Below, one piece after another: positions 29,306 to 37,646 of a DNA stretch of 39,852 nt. Source of the stretch: a virus (taxonomy: Duplodnaviria; Caudoviricetes); the IMG/VR virus record IMGVR_UViG_3300031772_000101, positions 1 to 39,852 of that record; one strand, given 5' to 3'. The position numbers and the translations under genes were made by a program. The number at the start of each line of letters is the position of its first letter. The stretch's first letter is position 1. The notes beneath the pieces were generated by a model. That model made no database searches. It worked only from the letters and a program-made list of their open reading frames with translations, and was not told the origin of the DNA.

Positions 29306-30027
29306 TTCCTATTACCATCTATTATATTTTGCTTAGCTGAATAGGGACGTAGATTATTCAATGCCCAACAATCTTTAAATTCTTGATCTTCCATTGAATT
29401 ATATTTGAAATTGCTGTGAGGGATGATATGGTCAACCTGCCAAGTCCAGGTAGTAGGATCATTATCGTTCCACATTTTTGAATCGTAATTCCCGTGATTA
29501 CTCCAATTCATCCATGACTCAAATAATGAGTCCAAATGATCTTTTAATTCTTGTATGGTATACGGTAAAAATTTCACTATAGATTTGTAATCTTTGATCG
29601 AACCATTTTTCTTTATATTGTATCCAATAGCACTAGATAACAAAGTTCTAAGCCTAAATGTTGGATCTATTTTACGACGAGCCTTCTGATAATCATTCTT
29701 ATAAACAGCAAGCTTCTCTTTATTTTCTTCATTATATTTTTTAGATGAGGCAATTATTTGCTTTCTATTATTTTTGTAATATGCTTTATTGTAAATAATT
29801 TTACTGCTTTTATTTTCAATATAGTATTTTTTTCTATACTCAAAAGATTTTTCACCTTGTTGATATTTTTTAACTCTATTGTGAATGGTTTCCTTATTAT
29901 CTTTATAATAAGATTTCTTACTCATACTGATGCAACCCTTACACCATCCACTTTTCTTAATAAATTGGGCTGGCGAGAAACCAGCTTCATTTTTATCAAG
30001 AATACATTTGTGGCATGTTTTAGTCAT
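29302..30027 (-). CDS. HNH homing endonuclease-like protein
   Basis: N-terminal CHKC...CKGC, Lys/Tyr-rich helix, WQVDHIIPHS...CWALNNLRPYSAKQN. Confidence 0.85.
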   Translation of the reverse strand: MTKTCHKCILDKNEAGFSPAQFIKKSGWCKGCISMSKKSYYKDNKETIHNRVKKYQQGEKSFEYRKKYYIENKSSKIIYNKAYYKNNRKQIIASSKKYNEENKEKLAVYKNDYQKARRKIDPTFRLRTLLSSAIGYNIKKNGSIKDYKSIVKFLPYTIQELKDHLDSLFESWMNWSNHGNYDSKMWNDNDPTTWTWQVDHIIPHSNFKYNSMEDQEFKDCWALNNLRPYSAKQNIIDGNRK

Positions 30028-30691
30028 GCCCTTTATATATCAGTGATTTTATATCTTTTTCGTCAAGTGGCTCGGAATTATTATATAATTGCTCATGAAC
30101 TTTAAAATTTTTCTTCCAAAATTCTTTGTCTTCAGTTTTTTTAATTAATAATTCTTTTATTTCGAGTGAAGAAATTTTCTTCTTTTTAAATAGGCTGTGA
30201 GCAATTATTGTCACTGCATCCCAGTGTTTCTGTAGCTCTCTGTCTATTGATTTTATAATCTTTTGTTTATGATTGTATCTTTTTCTTCCGGGTTCTGATA
30301 AATTATACTTTTCAAATAGTGCAGCCGCCTCAGAAAAATCATGAGAAGACCCCTCTCTTAAAAACATAGGAAACTTATCAGAACCTGAAATTATCTTGAA
30401 ATAACGCTTTTCAGCAACTAAACCAGCGTAAGATAAACCAATTTCAGAATAAAGACGATCATTGAATAGCGCAGGATCTTGAATTTCTGATAAAACAGCA
30501 GGATCATAATGGGTAAACCCATGAATTCTTTTAGATTTTTTATCTTCAAAAACTAAAACTGGACCTATATTTATATGATGAATTAACCCATATATTGCAT
30601 GTCCAGCTTCATGATATGCTGTAGAAATTAGCTCATGGGTTTCATGAAACTTTTTTCTTATATTTCCAATAGATCCTGAGCTATTAGCCAT
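30020..30691 (-). CDS. Stand-alone FtsH-type (M41) zinc metallopeptidase domain
   Basis: TAYHEAGHAI, YAGLVAEK, GSSHDFSEA (third-ligand Asp). No AAA+ or transmembrane segment. Confidence 0.8.
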   Translation of the reverse strand: MANSSGSIGNIRKKFHETHELISTAYHEAGHAIYGLIHHINIGPVLVFEDKKSKRIHGFTHYDPAVLSEIQDPALFNDRLYSEIGLSYAGLVAEKRYFKIISGSDKFPMFLREGSSHDFSEAAALFEKYNLSEPGRKRYNHKQKIIKSIDRELQKHWDAVTIIAHSLFKKKKISSLEIKELLIKKTEDKEFWKKNFKVHEQLYNNSEPLDEKDIKSLIYKGHD

Positions 30692-30694
30692 AAT

Positions 30695-30973
30695 TTACCC
30701 TAGCTGCTGAAGTAACACCTCCAAATCATTAAGTTTTTCGGCGCACTCAGCGTGTTTGCACTTGACAGTTAATCGATCTGTTCCAAATGGACCAGTTATT
30801 ATAAAGTCCGAATTATCCACATACAATATTCCTGCTGTAGTAAAATGCGAAGACTCAATAAAACCTATTTTAACCAAATCTTCCATATGAGATTTAGTTA
30901 TAGGCTGATCGGTTTTAAAGATTAAAGCCTTTTTACCACAGCATGCTTGAATGATAATTCTCTCTACTTTCAT
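30695..30973 (-). CDS. Hypothetical protein (Cys-containing)
   Basis: 92 aa; ACCG and C...C; AAGGA RBS. Confidence 0.65.
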   Translation of the reverse strand: MKVERIIIQACCGKKALIFKTDQPITKSHMEDLVKIGFIESSHFTTAGILYVDNSDFIITGPFGTDRLTVKCKHAECAEKLNDLEVLLQQLG

Positions 30974-30975
30974 AT

Positions 30976-31293
30976 TTAATCCTTATTATCTAAATCAACG
31001 CCTTTGCCTTCTAATAAGAATAAAGCATATTTTATTTTAGCAGTTTGAGCCTTAATGGCATCACGATAAGGTTCAGAGTATTGCTTTACAAACTCTTTAG
31101 CTCCAGTTAATTTAACATCGGCATCCTTCTCTTGGTCTGTTGTATAAATATTGCCCTCACAAGTAACAATAATCTTTTTTAAATCATCTGTGCTTGCGGC
31201 ATCGGCAGTGTCCTTGAACTCAGGTAATTTCTCAATTACCTTAAGCCATTTTTCGGGAAACGTGGTGGGGGATTGTGCGTCTTTCTTACTCAT
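30976..31293 (-). CDS. Hypothetical helical protein
   Basis: 105 aa; AAGGAG RBS. Confidence 0.7.
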   Translation of the reverse strand: MSKKDAQSPTTFPEKWLKVIEKLPEFKDTADAASTDDLKKIIVTCEGNIYTTDQEKDADVKLTGAKEFVKQYSEPYRDAIKAQTAKIKYALFLLEGKGVDLDNKD

Positions 31294-31305
31294 TTGAAAA
31301 TCTCC

Positions 31306-32553
31306 TTATTCGATCACTCGAACTGTTTTTGTTATAAAATCCATAGCATGTTCATCTCTAATTCTAGAGAATAAAATTTGCAAATAACCATTTTTATTCA
31401 TTTGCTGAATAACTTCGTCTGGTGATGCTCCAGTTTGCGTCTTAGCTAGATTTTGCTTAATTACATCAAAAACTTCTTGATCTGTTAGCTGTGCTTCTGG
31501 ATTATCTTCTCTAACTCTATCCAAAATAAGAGAAAGCTTAACATTTTTTTCAGCAACCTCTATATATTTTTCTTTATCTTTATCTTCTAAAACATTCCAA
31601 TCTAATTTGGCTTGATTAGCTAAATATTGAGCTTCCGATAAAGACATCCAATTAGGAACTGATATTACATTAGAATTAACTAAATGAGCGGCAACGGCTT
31701 CAGCAATAGCTGCTTTAAATTTATTTTGTACACCAGCTCCAGCCGTAGCGTGAGCAAACTCTTTTAATTCTTGAAAATCTTTCTTTCCCAATTTAACTGC
31801 CAAAGAGTCATCTAGTGGACATGGAGTAACTTTTGAGCCCATATTAAGTGTAACTGTAATATGAACTATTTTACCAGCTAAAGATGGTAATCCGCCTTCT
31901 GGTACTAATAAGTCAAATTCTCTAGTTTCTCCCATAATCATTCCAAGAAGATTATCGTCAAATTGAGTTAAATTACTGCTGCCAACTGTAAGCATCTCTC
32001 CAACAGAACATAATTGTTCTAATTTTGCACCATCAACAGTTCCTTCGTAATCTATAATTACATTATCACCATGTTGAACAAAATCTGTTTCAGAATATGG
32101 GACCGCTTCTCCAAAACGCACTCTTAGATTTTGCATTAACTCTTCAGTTAATTCCATTACGCTTTGAGGCTCATGCGGCTTGGGAAGTTCTAAACTTGTA
32201 TAAGGCGCTAAATCAAAATCTGGTTTAGTATATAATTCAAACTCACAAGTAAACTTGCCGTCTGCCAATAATAAAGAATTAAATTTTGGGGCACCATGTG
32301 GCTTTATTTTCTTCTCAAATAAAGTATTATGATACGCATCTTCTGCTAAGCCACGCTTTAATGATTCTTCAATTTGATTTCTATAATGAACTTTAATAGC
32401 ATCTGCAGATGCCTTACCTTTTCGGAAACCAGGAACTGGAGCCTTTTTAAAGGCTTGAAGAATTTCTCCTCTTTTATTAAGAATTTCTTCAGCTCCTGAT
32501 ACATAAGTTACCGATAATTTACAAGCTTCTATTTCATTAACTTCGATTTGCAT
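31306..32553 (-). CDS. tig: Trigger factor (ribosome-associated chaperone/PPIase)
   Basis: Ribosome-binding signature VPGFRKGK, FKBP domain (GDNVIIDYEGTVDG, FDDNLLGM..GETREF), C-terminal AEKNVKLSLILDRV. Confidence 0.9.
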   Translation of the reverse strand: MQIEVNEIEACKLSVTYVSGAEEILNKRGEILQAFKKAPVPGFRKGKASADAIKVHYRNQIEESLKRGLAEDAYHNTLFEKKIKPHGAPKFNSLLLADGKFTCEFELYTKPDFDLAPYTSLELPKPHEPQSVMELTEELMQNLRVRFGEAVPYSETDFVQHGDNVIIDYEGTVDGAKLEQLCSVGEMLTVGSSNLTQFDDNLLGMIMGETREFDLLVPEGGLPSLAGKIVHITVTLNMGSKVTPCPLDDSLAVKLGKKDFQELKEFAHATAGAGVQNKFKAAIAEAVAAHLVNSNVISVPNWMSLSEAQYLANQAKLDWNVLEDKDKEKYIEVAEKNVKLSLILDRVREDNPEAQLTDQEVFDVIKQNLAKTQTGASPDEVIQQMNKNGYLQILFSRIRDEHAMDFITKTVRVIE

Positions 32554-32565
32554 TTATTCCTCTTA

Positions 32566-33366
32566 TTAGTAAGTAACTTCTCCATAAACATTTTGACCAA
32601 ATGATTTTGCTTTTCCTTCTGGACAAAGCATTTGATGATCACAGTAGTTACATAAAGCCGTTGGATTTGGAGTATAATCTTTTTCTGTTCTAATTTGATT
32701 AGCATAGTCCAAATACTTGTCCTTAATTTTTAATATTTCAGGCACTGAAAATTCAGTGGTAATATATTCAAAATCATGCCTTAGTAATATATACGACGCT
32801 CTAACTTTTTTGATGTCCGGGTCCTCTGAGATTATAACATACGCATAAGTTAATAATTGGAACCAGTCATTTTTCAAATATTTTTTATTTTTCGTCGTTT
32901 TATAGTCGGCTACATGGACTACATTATCGCCATCGATCTGGATTCTGTCAATCATGCCGTTTAAAACAATATTTTCTCCAATTGGAAAAGTAAAATTTTT
33001 CTCGACCTCAATAATGTTAGCCGTTAAATTATTTTTTTTATCACTGCTAATCATTCTTAAATATTTATCAATAATTGCCCAACAATCTTTTTTCATTTCG
33101 GGCGTCATATTTTCTTTAAATTCTACCATGGCGGCTTTAAAAGCTCTGCCCATTTCAACGTTATATGGTTCTATTGAATTATTTTTCACATAAGCATTAT
33201 GAAAATCTTCTAATACTTTATGACAAAACTTACCAAATGTATGAAATGACCATTCTTTTCTAGGCAGCTTTTGAACATATGTGAATTCAAATTTTTTTTT
33301 ACAATCTATGAATGTTTTTGTTTTTGATACAGAAAGGCGCAACTCTTCTAATTCTTTATCTGTCAT
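32566..33366 (-). CDS. PD-(D/E)xK exonuclease, Cas4/RecB/AddB-like with Fe-S cysteines
   Basis: LSVSKTKTFIDCKKKF, GKFCHKVLE, EVE, GMIDRI, VADYKT, QLLTYA, C-terminal CNYCDHQMLC. Confidence 0.88.
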   Translation of the reverse strand: MTDKELEELRLSVSKTKTFIDCKKKFEFTYVQKLPRKEWSFHTFGKFCHKVLEDFHNAYVKNNSIEPYNVEMGRAFKAAMVEFKENMTPEMKKDCWAIIDKYLRMISSDKKNNLTANIIEVEKNFTFPIGENIVLNGMIDRIQIDGDNVVHVADYKTTKNKKYLKNDWFQLLTYAYVIISEDPDIKKVRASYILLRHDFEYITTEFSVPEILKIKDKYLDYANQIRTEKDYTPNPTALCNYCDHQMLCPEGKAKSFGQNVYGEVTY

Positions 33367-33438
33367 TATATTTTTCTTTTAATAATAGGTGTAATAAGTA
33401 TATATCGGCGTTCAAATTATTTTAATTAATTGTAAAAT

Positions 33439-34428
33439 TTAGAATAAAACACGACGAGCAAAAGGCATCCACTCAAAAACATATTTACTACCAACTCCGC
33501 CACCTGCCGTTGCCACGCCCGCCATACTTCCAATAGAATTTTGATTTGGAGTATACGGTGAAGTTGAAATAATCCATTTATTAGTCAAAGTATCTAAATA
33601 ATAATAAGTCATCATATTAGTTCTTGGATTATAATGTGATCTTATAAAAGTTCCACTAACTGGCGGAGCATCTAGTCCACTGGTATAAAAATTATTACCA
33701 TCTCTAGCCCTCTCTGGATTTTCTAAAGAAAAATGCATTCTATTTATATTAGGAGGATCATTAGGATTTTCTTTAGTAGAGTCTTGAAAAATTACGAAAG
33801 CTCTAGGATCAAACATATTACTATTTTGATCAGTTGTATTTGAAGGTGGTGCTGGCGTCTCAATAGTAACATTTTCTGGAAAAACACCTACACCAGCATA
33901 CGGTTTATTTTGAAAATCAGTTGTTGTATATTTAATACTGTAATTAGTTAAATCGTATGGCTCATTAGTGAATCCTGTTGGATTACCAGCTCCATCAAAT
34001 CCGGTTGAAATTTCCGATAAAGCCGGATTGTCTACAGTAATTCCTGCATCGGCAGGATTTGTAAATTGAGCATTTGGCTGAATTGGTGGATTTCCAAATG
34101 GATATAAATCGGGGATATTTTCCTGAGCTTGGGCTGTCGTACCAGAATGTGCCAAACGAGCATTATTAACCATATTTGTAATATATGTTTCGGTTACTAT
34201 GGCGGACAGGTCCACACCATTAGATGCTAAAATTTTTAAAGTTACACTGAGGCTATCAGTCGGTAAAAATACAGGACCAGTATATTGAGTAGAAAATAAA
34301 GTAGGAGTGCTACCATCTAATGTATAAAAAATAACAGCGGGGACGTTCGTAGCTATAGCAATGGTCTTGGGTATACCCGCTACAATTTGTTCTACTGATT
34401 CAGTCACTGAGACACTAATAACTACCAT
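33439..34428 (-). CDS. Protein with N-terminal Fn3-associated/chitobiase-C Ig-like domain, possible virion protein
   Basis: IFYTLDGSTPT..STQYTGPV.L...TLKILA; Thr/Asn/Pro-rich composition. Confidence 0.7.
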   Translation of the reverse strand: MVVISVSVTESVEQIVAGIPKTIAIATNVPAVIFYTLDGSTPTLFSTQYTGPVFLPTDSLSVTLKILASNGVDLSAIVTETYITNMVNNARLAHSGTTAQAQENIPDLYPFGNPPIQPNAQFTNPADAGITVDNPALSEISTGFDGAGNPTGFTNEPYDLTNYSIKYTTTDFQNKPYAGVGVFPENVTIETPAPPSNTTDQNSNMFDPRAFVIFQDSTKENPNDPPNINRMHFSLENPERARDGNNFYTSGLDAPPVSGTFIRSHYNPRTNMMTYYYLDTLTNKWIISTSPYTPNQNSIGSMAGVATAGGGVGSKYVFEWMPFARRVLF

Positions 34429-34429
34429 A

Positions 34430-34744
34430 TTATACCAAATTTAAAAACTTTGCATTAGTAGGAGACATTTTCTTTTTCAACATAATGCGGTAAATCCTAT
34501 GAGCCGCTTTCCGGAGCATTTTGGCTATTTTTAAATAAACCTCATCTCCTTCCCTTCTATGCAAAATTATGAACCTGTCGTAATAATCCAAGTATTCTAA
34601 ATGTGGTGGCATGCCCTTATATAGACCTTTATCAATAAGAACTAGCTTGTTTAAAGCTAAAAATAATAAAGAGCGATAGAATTTATCCTCTCCACTAGAG
34701 ATAAACTTTGGAACAAAATCATCTTTTAAACCATCAACACTCAT
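34430..34744 (-). CDS. Hypothetical protein
   Basis: 104 aa ORF. Confidence 0.6.
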   Translation of the reverse strand: MSVDGLKDDFVPKFISSGEDKFYRSLLFLALNKLVLIDKGLYKGMPPHLEYLDYYDRFIILHRREGDEVYLKIAKMLRKAAHRIYRIMLKKKMSPTNAKFLNLV

Positions 34745-34772
34745 CTTAAAGTATATACGAAAATATACTTAT

Positions 34773-35408
34773 TTAAAGTGTAAGTTGTGAAACAATTTTT
34801 AATACTTCTGTCTCTAGATTTTGAATAGTACTATTGTTATAGCATACATAATCAAATTCATCATCACTTATGCCATCTTGGTTAGTTTCACTCACATCAT
34901 CAATTTTAAGATGAGAATCTCTAAGCAATCTTATTTGATAAAATCCAAGCGATTTAAGATGATCAAATTCGTTACGAAAACGAACATCAGTTACGACTAC
35001 AAGACTAAGATTTTTCTTAATTAGTTTGTTAAATCTATTATCAAAATTACGAAGCCAAATGTCACTTTTGTTAGCTCGACCGAAATCATTTCCAATATCA
35101 ATCAAGCATTGTCTAACTGTTAATGGAATGCCATTTTTAAAAGCCCCAGGAATATGATTGGCGCGGAACTTAGAAGAACCATAAAGGTATTTTTTAGGTA
35201 ACTCAGGGTAAGCTATACGAATCATTTCCTTAATTGGATCTGCAAAAGCCATATATTGCATACCATGAAAGCCAATCCCACCTAAATGAAGCCCAGTAAC
35301 CGAATCTACTTTAGAAGCAAAAACTGTTTCTGATAGCTTTTTAAATAAAAGTTTACCAACAGTATTTTTGCCAGAGTTAGCTTTACCACAAATTGCAATT
35401 TTGTACAT
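34773..35408 (-). CDS. Deoxynucleoside monophosphate kinase (T4 gp1-like)
   Basis: IAICGKANSGKNT P-loop, FADPIKEM, RQCLIDIGND.GR, VVTDVRFRNE, SE. Confidence 0.85.
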   Translation of the reverse strand: MYKIAICGKANSGKNTVGKLLFKKLSETVFASKVDSVTGLHLGGIGFHGMQYMAFADPIKEMIRIAYPELPKKYLYGSSKFRANHIPGAFKNGIPLTVRQCLIDIGNDFGRANKSDIWLRNFDNRFNKLIKKNLSLVVVTDVRFRNEFDHLKSLGFYQIRLLRDSHLKIDDVSETNQDGISDDEFDYVCYNNSTIQNLETEVLKIVSQLTL

Positions 35409-35417
35409 ACTTATTCC

Positions 35418-37646
35418 TTACCAAGAAGACACTACTCTAGCTTTAGATATCATGTTAATATCTTGTTCCACCAATATAGCATGTGAAAATTTATCTTTTA
35501 AACGATCATTATGTGTTATAATTAATATTTTAAAATCTTTTTGGAAGAATTTTACAATATCCGCAAAAGCGTCTACACTAGCCTTATCTAAGGACTGATC
35601 AATCTCATCTAATAATAGAAATTTAATGTCTGTCCCAATCATCTTCTGTAACAAAAAAGATAATCCTAATTTTAAACTAAATGCTACTGCCAATTGCATT
35701 GCACCAGATAATTGTTTGTAATATCTCTCTTTACCATTAATATGGTAATTAATATCTAAAGTATCTGCTTGATCGCCATCACCTTTAGTTTTTTCTATAA
35801 AAAAAGATAATTGTAAACCAGGTTTTAATTGAGCTAGCAAATTATTAGCCTCAATTTGCAAATCATCTAACACATTTTGTATAATAAGATTAGGAATACC
35901 GGTCGATGAAAATGCTTGTATCACCGAAGGGTACATAGATAGTTTATTCCCTAAATCTAACAATAATAGATTTAATTCTTCTTTCTTAAGCTTATCTTTA
36001 GTTTTTTGATCAATAGTGTGCTGAATAACCGCCCTACTACTATTATAATGGCTAATTTCTTTGTTTAAAAGATTAATTTTAGCCACTATAGTGGTAATTT
36101 TCTGTTTCTCAACCTCAATTTGAAGTTGAATTTTTTTATCTTCATCAATTGATGATTTACTTAATTCTTCTTGAACTAATTCTAATTCTTTATTTTTTTC
36201 TACAAGCTCATTATTAAATTTAACTAATAGAGTATTATATTCGTCATGCAATGATTTCTTATCAAGCACTTCCTTATTTTTGGCAGAAATTTTAGTATTA
36301 ATACCCTCAAGCTGTTGTTTGGAAAGATTTAAACTATTTATATCTAGATTATGCTGAAACACCTTCTTAGTAATAATAGAAATTGCTTCTTTGGCATTTT
36401 TGATAGCAGTTAAGTGATCCGACATCTCCTTAGCAATATGTTCTTTATGATTTTCTCTATCTCTATCAGTCATGGCTTTGCGACAGTTTTTACATTTTGA
36501 GCCGCTTGGTAATGGGATTTTTAAATCCTCATAAGCCTCCATGCTATTTTTAATAGTCATATTATTTTGAGTAGCTTGTTCTTTTAATGCGTTAACTTTT
36601 TCAATAGCAATATCAATTTGAGAATAATCTAGTTCAACTAACTTAACTTGCAACGCTTTCAGATCATTAATTTCAAGAACTAATTCACGAGCTGCCTTGC
36701 TAACGTTAGATTTTTTAGAGAAATATTCCTTGACAGAAATTTCAAGTTTATTTTTTTCAGCAGTTGTTACCTTCTCTTTAGATAACAAGCCTGCAAATTT
36801 ACTCTCTAAATTTGCATGGATATTGGTTAATTCATTAATCTTATCATTAATAAGAGTTTTTTCGGCGTTAGCCTCGGTTAATGATAGATTTTTTTCTACC
36901 AATAATTGCTCCGCAGTTGCTAATTGGGTTGCCAAATTTATAATCTCTTTATTGGGATCGCCCAAACTTTCAATCAATATTTTATTTTTATCGATATCTT
37001 TTACTAAGGCACTAGACTTATCTTTTGCCATCTTCTCAAGCTTAGTATATACTAATAAATTCAGAGCGTCTTTAAGAATGCCCTTACGTTTTTCAGGAGT
37101 AGCAGTAGGTAATCCAGCCATATCATTTTGAGGGAATAGTGCCGTACTAATAAAAGATTTATGATTTATCTTAATTAACTTTGCCAAATCTTTTTCAGTA
37201 TCCCCGGCACGACTACCAGATAAGTCTTTCCAATATTTTTCAGTTAATTTTTTACCTAAAAGCGGAGACTCACATTCATTTTTAATGATATGATATACAT
37301 CTTCAATAGAGCCTGGCTGACCATTTCTTTGCAAAAGAGTTAAATCGGTACTACCCTTTTTAGTTCTTGTTCGTGATAGCCTATATTCCTGATCTCCAAT
37401 AAAAAAATCTAATACAACTTGACAGGAATTAGTATCATCTCTAATTAGCCTTTCTAAAGGACAATCAGATTGATTAAAAAGAACGTATTCAACTGCTTTA
37501 AAAATAGTTGTTTTGCCGACACCGTTAGAATACATGTCATTATTTTCTCTTTTTCCAACAATGAGAGCCGCACTAAATTCTGTAAAATCAATGAAAACAT
37601 GTTCATAGCATATGAAATTTTCAATGTATAATTTTGCTGGATTCAT
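35418..37646 (-). CDS. sbcC: SbcC/Rad50/gp46-like SMC ATPase
   Basis: SNGVGKTT, Q-loop FPQ, coiled coils with CKNC zinc hook, signature LSGAMQ, LLLDEIDQSLD, ITH. Confidence 0.92.
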   Translation of the reverse strand: MNPAKLYIENFICYEHVFIDFTEFSAALIVGKRENNDMYSNGVGKTTIFKAVEYVLFNQSDCPLERLIRDDTNSCQVVLDFFIGDQEYRLSRTRTKKGSTDLTLLQRNGQPGSIEDVYHIIKNECESPLLGKKLTEKYWKDLSGSRAGDTEKDLAKLIKINHKSFISTALFPQNDMAGLPTATPEKRKGILKDALNLLVYTKLEKMAKDKSSALVKDIDKNKILIESLGDPNKEIINLATQLATAEQLLVEKNLSLTEANAEKTLINDKINELTNIHANLESKFAGLLSKEKVTTAEKNKLEISVKEYFSKKSNVSKAARELVLEINDLKALQVKLVELDYSQIDIAIEKVNALKEQATQNNMTIKNSMEAYEDLKIPLPSGSKCKNCRKAMTDRDRENHKEHIAKEMSDHLTAIKNAKEAISIITKKVFQHNLDINSLNLSKQQLEGINTKISAKNKEVLDKKSLHDEYNTLLVKFNNELVEKNKELELVQEELSKSSIDEDKKIQLQIEVEKQKITTIVAKINLLNKEISHYNSSRAVIQHTIDQKTKDKLKKEELNLLLLDLGNKLSMYPSVIQAFSSTGIPNLIIQNVLDDLQIEANNLLAQLKPGLQLSFFIEKTKGDGDQADTLDINYHINGKERYYKQLSGAMQLAVAFSLKLGLSFLLQKMIGTDIKFLLLDEIDQSLDKASVDAFADIVKFFQKDFKILIITHNDRLKDKFSHAILVEQDINMISKARVVSSW

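Noticed and set aside
32566-33366. CRISPR-Cas system suggested by the Cas4-like nuclease
   Set aside because: No repeat-spacer array or other cas genes are visible; solo Cas4-like nucleases are common in phages.
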